A stretch of 62,617 nt of DNA, the filler included, from Dugesia japonica (lineage: Eukaryota), in NCBI GenBank assembly GCA_001938525.1. It is 6 parts of 6 records of this genome, joined end to end, with 100 filler letters (N's around TTAATTAATTAA, not from the genome) between each part and the next. Parts side by side here need not be neighbours in the genome. Positions count along the whole stretch, not along the records: positions 1 to 8,120 come from MQRL01243644.1; positions 8,221 to 16,690 come from MQRL01633301.1; 4 more parts are not named here. One strand, 5' to 3'. The translations under genes and the position numbers were made by a program. Positions 1 to 13,400 of this stretch are shown here, piece by piece; the first letter of the stretch is position 1; each line of letters begins with the position of its first letter. The notes under the pieces are model-generated. The model searched no databases and had not been told where the DNA came from. It saw nothing but the letters and a program-made list of their open reading frames with translations.

Positions 1-75
1 TATCATTATTATTACTATTACTATTTATCATTTATTTATTATTATTTATTATTATTATTGTTATTATTATTATTA
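1..75. repeat. (TTA)n/(TTTA)n low-complexity microsatellite
   Basis: Imperfect TTA/TTTA run read directly. Confidence 0.85.
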
Positions 76-1231
76 GTAAACGTACAAAGAGGACTTTTGT
101 CCTTAACCCAAGGCTCTGGTTGGTTTTAAAAGCGCTTTTATTATTATTCTAAGAAAATAATAATGCCATTTGAAAACCTTTGATTTTTTTTGAAAAATTA
201 AAATTAATGTTTTATCTGAAAATATTTAAAAGATTTAATATAATAATATAATAATAAAATAATATAAAACTTTTAAAATAAAATTAAAAAGTAAAAAATA
301 ATATAATTAATAAAAGCTAAAGTATAAAAAATTAATTTGAAATGAATAAATATATTCAAAGTTAAATTATAAAGAATAAAACTATTAAATTGTGAAATAA
401 TGAAATTTATTTGAAAGTAAAAAATATATTTAAAATATGATTTTTAAATTTTTTAAATTAAAATATTTTCAATGTTAGCCGAATCTTAAAGTGTTTAGCT
501 AATTTAATTTTCTTGAAGAAAGAAATGCAAATCTTTATATTTGCTTTTTTAATAAATATTTCATGGATACTGCATTCTTGAATTCAATAGTATAATAAAG
601 TCAATAATAATTTGTATAAGTGTATTGGAATTAACAAATTAATATAATAATTATAAAGACCATTACTAAATTATGATGCAAGACAATTTACTCGCAATAT
701 TGTGTATACCGAAACAATTCAGAAAATTGTATGAATATTAAATTTTACTCTTTAATTCAAACCAAAAAAATTTGCAAAATATTTACTCTAATAATTCTCA
801 TTTTCAACTTGAAATATGGAAATAAAAAAATCACGGATGCCTCAGAATAAACTAGTAAAATAATCAATAATATAAAATTTATTTATATCCATCTACAATA
901 TTTTTGGCAAATTTTTAATATATGTAAGAATTCCTCATGATAAATAAACAAAAGAGTAAATATTTCACTTTAATTAACTTTTATTTTAATTATTTTAAAT
1001 GGTTCTCATTAATAGAAATTCGAAAGTTCCAAAAATTAAAACAAAAACATAATCGAAACCAAAAATTTGTATGAGGTTATTTATTTATATTTTTAGTTGC
1101 TTAATTTGGTGGTATATTTTATATATCTTCCACTTGACATTTTCTAATATGTTAGGTGTTTCCCCACTAATACCATAATTTATAATTAAGTTCTATTTCA
1201 TTCATTGAATTGAAATCTGATTTTGGTTTAG

Positions 1232-4200
1232 AATCTCAATAGCAATAATCCTCCACGTCTCAGTTCGAGCAGTAGTTCCGGTGTATGGAGTCAAATGGCA
1301 AACAATAATTCAGAAATTAGAATGATTCCCAGTGATGCTGTGATTCTGTTATATAGGCTAGGTGAAGGAGAATTCGGAGAAGTCTATCGAGGTAGACTGC
1401 ATTTAGATAATGGACAAATAGAAGAAGTTGCAGTTAAAGTAATTATTAAATGAATTTGTAATTATTGATATTTTATGCAAGTTGTTGAGATTGATTAACT
1501 CATTTTTGGCATTGTTTCTAATATTAAAAATATAAATTGATAATACAAAATTTCGAATCAAAATAATTCTGTTTAATATTTTGCTAATCGATTAATAATA
1601 AGAAGAATCCACACCCAATATTTTAAGAGATTTTTTAAAGTTAGAAAAAAGTTAATCTGTAAAAATAAAGTATTAAAAAAATGATATTTTAAAGTTTCTT
1701 AAATTTGGAATTGAAGCATTTTCTGTTTTTGTTTCTAATTTTAAAATGGAAATTATATTTTTATATATCGGTTTTTCACAAAATTTGTACCTTCGAATTA
1801 TTAGGTTGAACAGAAAGTTCTTGCCGATTTTTAAGCAAAAATGAAAACAAATATTTATATTTAGTCCAAAATATAATTTCTATTCAATTCTATAACTTGC
1901 CTCCATTTTCCTGGTAAATGATCTATATCTCTAGCAAAAATGTGCTCGCGTTTAGAGTCAAAGAAAGCCAGAAGAACCAATTTAACATCACTGGAATCAA
2001 CGAATGAACTCTGTTCCAAATAATTTTGTAAAGATCGAAATGGGAAGTAGTCCAATGGAGAAATATCAGGCGAATATGAGAGTGATTAATAACTTTCCGA
2101 TTCAGTTCATTTATCTTCCTCTGTGTTTTGATTGTATTACGTAACTTAGCATTGTCATGGTGAAGAAGACCCTTTCTGTTGGCAAAAATCAAATATGTAT
2201 TACGTAATTCAACTGCTAAATGAGCCAATTGATCACAGTACACATCTGTTATAATTGTTTCTCCAGGTGGCAATAACTGAATATGTATGAGTCCTTTTCG
2301 ATTTTACCAAAGTGCGTAAATGCGTATCCAGCTTTAATGTGTTGGTAAAATAATACATGTGATATTATTGTATTAAATTCATTTTCACCTCTGGTTATTT
2401 GTCCTACCCATAAAATGGCTCGTTTTCATTTCATAAAAGTAGTTAAGAACAAACAGAAATTCAATTTAATTTGTTATTTTCTGTCTGTTCATGATGTTGA
2501 TAAAATGTTGATAAATGTGATTTGTAATGGTTTTTAGTGAAAACTGAAGTCTCTTCGTTATTTTCCTGATAGTTGAAAATGGATTTGCGGCTAATTCAGA
2601 CTTAAGGATGGCGTTATCAGCATCAGAAGGCCTATCCTAACATGATATATGACATATCTTCATACCTAAAATCTCTATTTTGTAATTTTCGGAAACCAAA
2701 TCAAACTGTTCTTTTTATACTGCTTCCTTCCCAAATACTTATAGTTACTTCACGTGAATTTTACTCTTCTGGAACTCATACAGCATTCAATGCCCCCCAT
2801 ACATGTTGCTTATTATAATTTATTTGTGCCGCCCTGTTTCTATAAACACTTCTTATAAATGATATTATCATTTACGCTTTCTTCAACATTGGATTTCATA
2901 ATAATAAGAATTCAAAAGTAACACGCTTAGTAAAGATATCATAAAATTAAAATAAGTGAGTTTACTATTTAATTTAATTAATAATACACCATAACTTTAT
3001 CAATTCAAAGCTTATATGTGAGTCTAAATAGTAAGAATATATAAGTTAATCGCGATGTGTTTTATTGATGCTTAAAAGTAATACGAAAAATATGCAAGAA
3101 CATTCTGTTCAACATGATAATTGTTATATAGTGTGTTAGTTGGGTTTTGAAAACTCATCGAATAATTAACATCAGAATTCAAATTCATTGCAACGATTTA
3201 TTAATATAAAAAACTATAATTTCAATTTATTTGTTAAAATTTAATTTCAGAATTTAAAACAATTACTTATTCGTCATTTATGTTTTCATTTCAATTTAAA
3301 TCTTTTTAAAAAAAGATTTCAAGAAAAACGATCACCAACCACACAAAAATTTCAACTCGCTTAAAACATACTCATATAGTGCAACGTATCTATATATGTT
3401 CAGTTAATTCTGTTCTAAATGGAGTATGTGATCAATTTAATGTTTTAAAATAATCTTTTTTTAAATCAAACACATTTGTTATCATTAAATAAAGTGATTT
3501 TTAACTTAATTAGTTTCCTTTTAAAGTTTTCTAAGCTGTTACTTTACTTTTCACGTAATTGTTGAAATAAAATTATTTTTTTGATTAATATTGTATTATT
3601 GCTAATATTAGTTAATTTTTAAAGCCAAACAGCGTATTTTATTATTGAATTACATTATTGGATTTAAGGTTACAATAAAATATCTGATTCAAATGTAAGA
3701 TATGCTATTTTAGATAGTAGCAATCCAAACAGGAAATTGTTAATCGATGTTATTAATTATCAATTATAAATATCTGTTCAGGTCAATTCAGGCTAATGTT
3801 AAATGGTATGCTGCGTTAAATAATCGTAAAATTTTCATTCACATTCTTCTTTATTTACTTGTTAAATCAGTAACATTTGATACCTAGAAGCTTTAAAATA
3901 GAAATCTGTTTGTTGTTTAGCGTTTAAAATTTAATGTTATTTCTGGGAAACATTGACTGATACAAAATATAATATTACACGAATGTTTTTTTCCTTAACA
4001 ATTAATTAATCATTGTTTAATAATAATGATGCATTGCGAATTTTCGATTCATTGTATTCATGATTTATTAAATTTAATTATTTCAGTAAATTTATTGATT
4101 TAAAATTAACACTTAATTTTAGAATCTGATCTTAATCATTTGATTTGACTAATATTGGAATTTAGCTAAATATTGAAATTTATGTATTTATGATAATTAT

Positions 4201-7200
4201 TTTATGTAAATTGAATTCATGCCAATGTTAAATTGAATATATTAAGATTTTCTTTATTTCAAAACTTATGTAGAAACGCAAAAAAGATAAAAATTTTATT
4301 TTCATAAAATATTTATTTTAATAAAGATTTATACAATTACAATTAATGCGAAAATAATTGAAGGACTTAACCATTGATCGAATATGATATTTCATTAATC
4401 AACATGTTTTAATATTTCTTTAGTTGTTAGTATTTTGAATTTTTGACTTTTGTCTTCTGGGATTTAAATATAGTATAACGTGAATATATTACTTTTTAAA
4501 TTTCGGTATATAGTTAATATACAATTATATAATTACGAAGTTTTATTAAACAAAAAACATAACACTCAGGTCCTAGGCGATCTTACACTGACTCGTTTGG
4601 GGTAGTTGCTGTCTACAGATTAGAACGCAATCAACCAATTACAAACTTCATTGTTTTTCTATTTTCTTCTATTTATTTTCTGGATTCCCAATATTTCTCG
4701 TCTTTTTTCATGAGAACTCATCGCTGAAAATCCAAAATAATATTGCATGTTATCTACTTTGGTACACTTAAATCATATTATAACAATTTCCATATACCAA
4801 TACTCAGAGCTTCCAATGATAAAGATGTACAGCAAGTATTGCAATGTTGGACCTAAGGATTTTTCTGTTTCTCTCACAGTTTCATTATATTTTTCTTTAT
4901 TCTTGTGATCTGCACCTTCATAGCTTAAATTTGAATCGAATGGACTTTTTACATCAACAACAACATATTTCTATTTTTAGAATGTCCGGATACAGTTGAT
5001 GATCACAGAAAATTTGGATGCCTGCTCTTATAATTGTCATATCTTTATTTTTCTTAATTAAATTCTCAATATGCAATATCTTGTTATGTTTTGCGATAAC
5101 TAATTTCATAATTTTAGGACAGCAGCATGGGGCGCTGTTTCTTTTTCTCCTCCACAAGCACATTTCTGATTATACCTGAAACATTTTATGGCCAGACTCA
5201 CATTTTGTCTAATAACATCCTAACACGTTATCATGGGATCTGTACGTATTACGTTGTTCATCGATATAATTTTATTGATTAAAATGATGCCGCAACGTAT
5301 ACATAAAATGTGTCGAATATTTGTGGACGCTTGTAAAATGCGAGTTACCATGTCAATTTGCACGTTACGATATTTATAGTTGTACTTATTTGTCTTCAGA
5401 AATCGATTTCGGCTCAAGACATGTTCAGCGTTTTTCTTCAAACTGTTATGGAATAATTAAAACACTTACAGTAAACAATTATCAATTTTCAGAAAATATA
5501 AGAACCTTAATTTACGCTATTTATTTCGAATCAATCATGGTAATTATACTTACTCAATATATTTGATCTAAAGATAAATATCTAAATTTAATTTCAAATT
5601 TGGAATAGTATTTATTAAAATTTTCGTGATTAACGAATTGAAAAACTTTTAATTAGAATTTCTGTTGAATTCCTAATGATTAAGTATTTGATGCCTGCCA
5701 ATCTTATACTGTCAAACAGATCATAATGAAAGATTTAATTTTAAATCAATGATTTGTGGAACTCAGAATAAATCAGAATCGAAATTAAATTCTGAATTTA
5801 ATTATTTTGATACTTGTTTAAAAATAATTTGATTTGCATAAAATAAAATAATTTTGCAGTGATTTTATTAATCTTTTCATTTTCTAGTTTAAATTTAACA
5901 TCAATTCAAGTTTATATTTAATTCGAATATTGAATTTTAAAATTTTGTTTCCCCTTTTTTTGAATAAGAAAAATCTATATTTTTATGTTTTTTTCTTTTC
6001 ATCAATTTCGATTTTTAGTTATTGCCATCACATATTCAACTGAGTTTTTTGAAATTGCTAAATAATCCTTGAAATGAGTTTATCATCTTTAGAAAACTCT
6101 TTTCGTTTGAAAATGAAAAGATAAATATTTTTCTTGACTCGGTTTTGTTTTTTAAAATGTTTTTAAATCATGAATGTTGTCTAACCAAGATTATTTCATT
6201 GAGCTGAAAATTGTTAATGTCGAGATAGATATAGAGTAGTAATTTGTAAGAAATAAATTAGATAAAAACATATTAATTTATTTGAGCATGTTAGCAGAGT
6301 TGATTTCATTTTTGAAGTAAAAATACATTAAAAGAATATGATTATCAAATGATATTCTTTTAATTGGTATCTATCCAGCACTTCAAATATCTAATCGGGT
6401 TTCAGATTTTATTATATGGAATTATTATGTTCTTACTATAGCAAACTTTAATAGAAAGTGTTTTTGTAAAATTTATTCAGTATTAAATGTATTTCCAATA
6501 TGTTTAGGTTTTGTACTTCTACTCTGAAGCATAAATAAATATTTGAAATACCATTTCCTACTTATTTCTTGAAAAAATATGGATTATTATTATTGTCTTT
6601 TGTAACTTCAAATATAGTAAATGACGCTTGGATAATAATAAATGAAAATGTTAGTGAATATATTTTAAGAGAAATCATTGCTTTTTAAAATCACATAAGT
6701 ACGAATTGACTAAATAATAACAGACCCATTTTTATGAAAACATTTAATACCATTATCTATGATAGGGGCATTCAACTTTTACGGGTTATTAGAAATGCAC
6801 AAAATAATAATGACGTTGAGGTAACTACTGGATGGCAGAATTGCTAGGCTTAAGGAAATGTTTTAAATTTAGCAAAGCTATTTCATTAAATGTTTATAAC
6901 ATAATATTTGGGTTTTTATGTTTGTATTATCAGTTAATTCTGTTATGTTTAAATATCATGTTATTTGAATATATTTCATACAAACAAAGTTTTGTTTTAT
7001 AAACCTGGAATTTTGTACAGAAATATTATTTAAACAATTTTTAAAAGATTTGTAGTTAAGTTAGATTTCTTGATTTTAAAAGAATATTATTGTAAGATTG
7101 AAGTACTTTTCATTTTAGGTATTAGTTCAACCATCTCAGAGATTAGATTTTATGAAAGAAGCTAGTATTATGATGCAATTATCTCATCCGAATATTATTA

Positions 7201-7877
7201 CAATGTATGGTGTTTGTGAAAACAAGAGGCTTATGATGATCTTGGAAGTTGCTAATTTGGGATCACTGTTAGATTATTTGTTAGATTATCCTGAGAAAAT
7301 TCAGTTGAGTGATCTTCATAACTGGGCAATGCAAGTAAGTAATTTATTGTTTTATATTCAGTTCAATATCTTTGTAAAGATTGCTAGTGGGATGACATAT
7401 TTGGAAAGCAAAGGTTTTGTTCATCGTGATTTGGCTTGCAGAAATGTTCTTTTATCAAGTGAAAATTGTTGCAAAATCAGTGATTTTGGACTTTCTAGAG
7501 CAGTGGGGGTAGAGAGTGATTATTACAAAGCCACACGGCGCGGTAAATGGCCGGTGAAATGGTATGCACCTGAATCCATTTATTACAAAACCTTCAGTCA
7601 TGCCAGTGATGTTTGGAGCTATGGAGTTTGTCTTTGGGAAATGTGGAGTTTAGGGGAACATCCATATGCACAACAAGATAGCTTCGAAGTTCTTAGACAA
7701 ATCGAAGAAGGCGTCAGGCTTCCAAGACCGAAATTAACATCAGATAAAGTTTATATGCTTATGCAGCAATGTTGGGCCTATCGACCTGAAGATCGACCTA
7801 CCTTTTCTCACTTACTTGCTGTATTTTCTCATTTATGTACTAATATTTATGAAAACGTTGATCCTCCCGATCATTAG
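1232..7877 (+). CDS. Non-receptor tyrosine kinase, Shark/HTK16/Syk-ZAP70 family (3' part; exons 1232-1438, 7119-7334, 7380-7877)
   Basis: Exon 1232-1438 encodes LGEGEFGEVYRG...VAVK. GT at 1439 and AG at 7117-7118 join in phase 0 to VLVQPSQRLDFMKEAS. A 45-bp GT-AG intron lies at 7335-7379. Motifs HRDLACRN, DFG, YYKATRRGKWPVKWYAPES and SDVWSYGV are typical of Shark/Syk. SH2/ankyrin exons were not seen in the window. Confidence 0.9.
1801..3117 (-). mobile_element. Full-length degenerate mariner element (~1.3 kb) in the kinase intron
   Basis: TIRs ttaggttgaacagaaagttcttgc / gcaagaacattctgttcaacatga with TA flanks; broken transposase with HHDNAK, SPDISPLDY and LPGKW motifs. Confidence 0.92.
4640..5250 (-). 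mobile_element. 3' fragment of an RLE-type non-LTR retrotransposon (R2/R4/NeSL-like)
   Basis: Minus-strand frames give CACGGEKETAPH..CP (CCHC knuckle remnant), KHNK, YPDI..VVVDVKSPFD, KNKEKY and IIGS, the restriction-like endonuclease signature; frameshifted. Confidence 0.75.
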
Positions 7878-8003
7878 TTGTTTTTGTGCAATTTTATTAG
7901 CAGATACGTGACAATTTTTTCAATATATATTCATTTTGACTGAACCCAGTTGTACCGAACTGTATTTGTTTTAATTTTAAACGTAATTGTATTCTATTTT
8001 ATC

Positions 8004-8009
8004 AATAAA
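8004..8009 (+). promoter_or_regulatory. Probable polyadenylation signal of the kinase gene
   Basis: AATAAA about 130 nt after the stop, followed by a T/GT-rich tract. Confidence 0.5.
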
Positions 8010-8120
8010 TCTCGATTTCTTATTCATTGTTGCTTTTCTTATTTATTGTTTTCGTTTAGCTTTACGAAGGTTGCACAAGTTTGTTTATTCTTTATTCTAG
8101 GTTGTTAGTTCTTTATTCGA

Positions 8121-8220
8121 NNNNNNNNNNNNNNNNNNNNNNNNNNNNNNNNNNNNNNNNNNNNTTAATTAATTAANNNNNNNNNNNNNNNNNNNNNNNN
8201 NNNNNNNNNNNNNNNNNNNN
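8121..8220. other. Artificial 100-bp spacer (44N-TTAATTAATTAA-44N)
   Basis: Six-frame stop linker centred in an N run; five identical copies in the window. Confidence 0.95.
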
Positions 8221-8915
8221 GAAGTTTTTTATTCATTATTTCTTTAGCGTTTAAAGTTATTTAGAATCTAAGAAAGAACTCTTTGAAAGACTTTTTGAAT
8301 TACAAAAATATAGATAACAAAAAGAACGATCTAACAAAATTGATTAGCTTACCAGACGATTTAAAAAGAAGAATTACATCTGAGCAACTTGATATATAAT
8401 GGTCTTTCTAAACCATCACTTTCAAGTATTGACAACCAAGGATCAATAGAAACTGAAAGAGTGAGTGAAGATGAGGATACAACTAATATATCAATAGATG
8501 AGGATAATGGATTGCTAGGTTTGCATGGGAAATAGCACTAGTAATATTATATATGATTGTGGGCATTAAAATGTATGAAGATGCATAAAATCAAAAGCAG
8601 ATAGCATGTAAACAACATGCCTTCTACATATTGATATCCGATATTGAAATGAATATAATCTACTAATATGTATGTGATCCAATAATATAAATATAAATAA
8701 CTTATTATTTGAATAATGAATTTTTTTCTGAACATTTAAATAATTATGAAACAATAACTTGTAAAAGATGTAAAAGATGTAATTAATGATAATTGATAAA
8801 CAAAACAATTCAATAAAATGGAATAGCAAATACTATAGTGCAAGCCGAGAAAACAATTTCTCATATGAAAACTAAATAAAATTTCAAATGAAAATTGTTT
8901 AACACATCTGAAGAA

Positions 8916-9379
8916 CCCTTTCACTCCCGGCGAGAGCATTTTTGAATTTTTGGCTTCAAATAATAGATTAAGTTTACGTAACAAAGTTTTGAACCAAAAT
9001 TAAAATTTTTTTCATAAAATTGGCGCCAATTTACAGAATAATTTCGAATTTTGGAATATTACATTTCATTCTTAACATATAAAATTCATTAGAAAATCAA
9101 ACATAAATTATGTTAATTTTTCACAATTTGCCCACATAATTGTTCGTTTTGGTTGTTACATTCTTTTAAAATTTTAAATCACTCATGGAAACACAAAGAT
9201 ATTCCATTCTATACTAAAACACTTATAACTTTTTGTGTGACCAATCTGGAATCAAAACAACTTATGCGTAAGATTGGCCTCATTAAACCCTTTAAAATGA
9301 TATGAAAATTACAACCTTCTCACTACTGTTTATCTGGATATTGAAGTGTATCCAATTGGATACGCTGGGAGCGAAAGGG
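8916..9379. mobile_element. piggyBac-type MITE
   Basis: TIRs ccctttcactcccggcg / cgctgggagcgaaaggg (2 mismatches); TTAA on the right, degenerate left target. Confidence 0.75.
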
Positions 9380-9499
9380 TTAATTGGACAATAAATATTA
9401 ATATAATATATAGAAATAATCTATCCAAAGTTTTATTATATTATGAAATAAGTAATGAAAATAAGTTTTAATATTCCAATTCAAATCAAATAATAAAAT

Positions 9500-10360
9500 C
9501 GCATTTAGTTTACGAAAGAATCCAATGGAAACTTCAAATAATTTCAGTCCAGCATTGTCCTACATTTGAACAGAAAAAATGCATATTCGACATTGTATTC
9601 TGTGTGAATTTCAGCAGGGAAAAAGTTTGTTTGTTCCGTTCTCGGCAAAGATGTAGCGCATTNNNNNNNNNNNNNNNNNNNNNNNNNNNNNNNNNNNNNN
9701 NNNNNNNNNNNNNNNNNNNNNNNNNNNNNNNNNNNNNNNNNNNNNNNNNNNNAGGCGGAGCTTACAAAACAAATGGAGTAACTAAGTAAACTATTTCTAT
9801 CCAAAAAGAAAAATGAGTCCCTCATGAACTCACTCGATCTAACAAAAATCTTTATCTTCTTAATAGAAATGGTCGAGAGTCGTTCTTATGGAAATTTGTG
9901 ATGGGAAATGAGAAATAGGTACAATGCAATATGATAATCCGAAAAGTAAAAGATAATGGGTAAATACCGGAGAACAATCAAGATTGTCGCAAAGTCCAAT
10001 CGTTTCGGAATAAAGATGGAATACGTCTGATGAAATATTAAAGGCGTCCTATATTATGAGCTATTGGAGCACCCAGTGTATTCACCAGACATTGTCCCAA
10101 ATGATTATCATTTGTTTAAATCGGTGCAACACACTTTGATATACACACTTTCAATAAATCGATGCCATCCGGAAATGGCTTGACGACTTTATCTCGTTCA
10201 AACAGCCAGAGTTTTTCCGAGATATAATTCATTAGCTGTCTGTAAGATGGCTTAAAGTTACCAATAATAACATCGATTATTTTTATTGAAAAATTTGTCA
10301 CTTTTTTAAAATAAATTTTGAAGTAAATTGAAAAATTTTAATTATTTGTTTGTAGACCAA
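9500..10360 (+). mobile_element. Degenerate mariner transposase relic
   Basis: (W)VPHEL near 9814 and HPVYSPDIVPNDYHLF near 10070; boundaries approximate. Confidence 0.8.
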
Positions 10361-10438
10361 ATATATTATTGTCTCGCTTGCATTTTCCATAGAATTTAAA
10401 AAATCTATTTTTATTTATAGATTAATTTACTGACTCAC

Positions 10439-13400
10439 CTTGAAGATTCGTTGCGATCCAATGGCATAGTAAGTGATGTTTCTGAGCTGGTCTGGGCAAT
10501 CTTGATGTTTGACTGCTCCTAATCACTGTTATTTCCTATTTCTAACATCAATAAAAACAATCCTACTTTACATATATCTGATTTCAATTTATTACTTTGG
10601 ACTTGAATTTTCTGCAGTCCATTAGCAACATCTGAAATAGATTGTCGCAAAATCTGCGATTCTTCTTCTACTCGTGTAATCAAACTTACAACTTCATTTG
10701 ATTTTATTATATCTTCTCTCAATTTTTTTTGCTCGGTCACAAATTTCCTATAATCCATTTTTGCAGTTGATAAAATTACATCATTAAACCTACTTAAAAC
10801 TTTCCACAGTTTCCTTAAGTTCTGGTAAAAGATCTATATCTTTGACTTGCTTAACAACACTAAAGATGAGATATGAATTGATTTAAATCTTTAAAATTTC
10901 AATATTAAGTTGAATAAATGAACAAAAATCGCGAATTATTATTTAGAATATTCGATAATATTTTTACAATACGATTTTTGGTGTAATTTACACACGTTAC
11001 GTTTCTTATTGTTTTAATATTAATAAATTAATATTAATCATCTATGACTGTGTTTCTCAACCAAAAACGCACCGCGGATTAGTAAACTACATCAAATTTA
11101 TATTGCTGACCATCGGCTGTGAAACAGTGCTCTATAGTATTGTTTCTCAACCAAAAAAAGATCCGCTGATCTGTAAACTGTACAACTTTCTAACGCGTAC
11201 TACTAATGATGATTATACCTAGTGTTGTTATAATACATTTTAGCTACAAATACGTTATTTACGAAAGCGAATTTATGTGCATCATTGGGATACAGGAACT
11301 GAACCTTCTTCCCCATAGAAGAATTTGATAATTCAAAGCATCTAGCATAGAATTTACAATTTAGTAAGCATTATTTAGTTAATACAATTTGTTTTAGCAA
11401 CATGTACGGAAAGTTCTGATTGTGCTACTAACAATTTATTTATTTATTTGTAAAAAGTACATAAAATATCAAGTATTTACAACAAAAACCACTACAAAAA
11501 CACAATAATATTTAAATAATTAATGCAACAACTTCCTTAGTTAAACTTTTTGTTTGCTATCAAAAGAATAATTAAATATTTTTCGGGGACGATTAATTTT
11601 TTTTTACGGATTACCGCTTGAGAAACACTGCTCTATGACATTACTTTGTTACATTAAAAGTAAAATAATTTACACTCAAACCTTTTTTTTTGTAGTCTTT
11701 TTTTGCGATTTTAAATTAATATATAAATAAAATGTTTAAATGTATAAATTCAATGTTATTTTAAGCAGTTTGATAAATATTTAGTCGTAAATAAATGGCA
11801 ATTATCATTATAATATTTAATAAACATGTATTGGTTTAGATTTACATTAGGAAATATGGTGATTTTTAGCAAAAATATCACTAGGAAACCTATAAAAAAA
11901 TATTACTTTAAAGGCACAAGGGTTAAATCACCGAATAAATTCAATACGATAAATATAATTGGCTTTATGACTTTGTAATCAATCAATTTCATAGTTAAAT
12001 TACAAAAAATATAAACATGTTAATTTCCAAAAATAATGCACTTCAGTTAATTTTATTCATTTTAATCTTTACTTAGATATTTACAACTTTATTTAACAGA
12101 TTAGTATACATCTAGGTCTCTTTTTATGCGGTATATACGTTCCATTGAAAACCACATTTAACTTAGGATTCGAAAATCACATAAAACAAAGCAGCAATCA
12201 AATTTCTCAGTCGTACAAGTTCTAACGGTTTTTAACTCATTACTCCTCGTCCTTTTTTGTGATGTTACATTTCTTATTGTTTTATTTTTTATAAATTTTG
12301 CTAGTTTTAAATTCAATTTATATATAATATTGTTAAATAGATTCCATTGTTCATGTTTGAATCAACAAACATTGTTTAATTTTATTTAATTGTTGTCAGC
12401 ATATCCTGAAATTTGTAAAATTTTTATTCCTGCGTTTTGCAGCATTTAAAAACAACTTTTAGGCTTGCGGCAACAATGGCATTTATATTATTGCTAGATA
12501 TGTATTGGTATATAATCTGTTGATGTTCTCATAAGTGTTTGAATTTTGAATTGTATAGTTAAGTATAATATTACGTACTTATAAGCGTTCCAGTAATAGG
12601 ACATTGACAGAATGTGATAGCAATTTTTCATATGTAATGTTTACCATATAATAGAATACATTATCAAGCCTCTTTCTTGCGCTGAAAGATATTCACAGCA
12701 GAAAAAGAAAGACAAATATAAATGCCAAAACTCGTTAAAGAATATACTACGCACATGGGAGGCAGATTTATTGGACAAGCAAGTCTCCCACGAAAAGAAT
12801 ACGCTTAAGATCTAAAAAATGGTGGTGGCCATTTTTCACACAAATTTTGAATGTTTATATAGTAAATACTTCGTGTGCGTACAAAATAGTTCATACACAT
12901 GAAAAGATATCACTTCTGGATGTTAAAGAAGAACAATCACCTACTTATCTAAAAAAACAGGATGCACAAAAAACGCCATGGACCTCAAGACAGTAGATTG
13001 TTGGATGGAAGAGTACCGAACGATGTAAGACTTGGTGAAGGATGTTCAAGAGTTTGTAGCAAATGAATTGTTGGACTTCGAATATAGNTGTTTTGTTACT
13101 TTTCACACACACTCAAGCGTATATAATATGACAGTGTTGAATTTAACAATTTTGAATATCACGAATTCTAAAATCAATATTTTAGATAGTGTATTATATT
13201 ATTATCGAATTAGTAGAGAACAGAACAGCTGCCACATTATTACCACATTATAAGGGCCACTGTTCGGAAGGGTTGAGTGATGAATGGAAAGCTTATATTA
13301 AATTAGCGAATGATAAAAATTACATTCATCTAACAGTTAACCACAAATTACTATTTATTGACAAAAATAGTGGTGCCAATACACAAAGAATAGAGTCGAT

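Noticed and set aside
10336-10404. Terminal Nup58 exon after a 34-bp intron
   Set aside because: Would truncate the conserved C-terminal coiled coil and runs into a mariner relic
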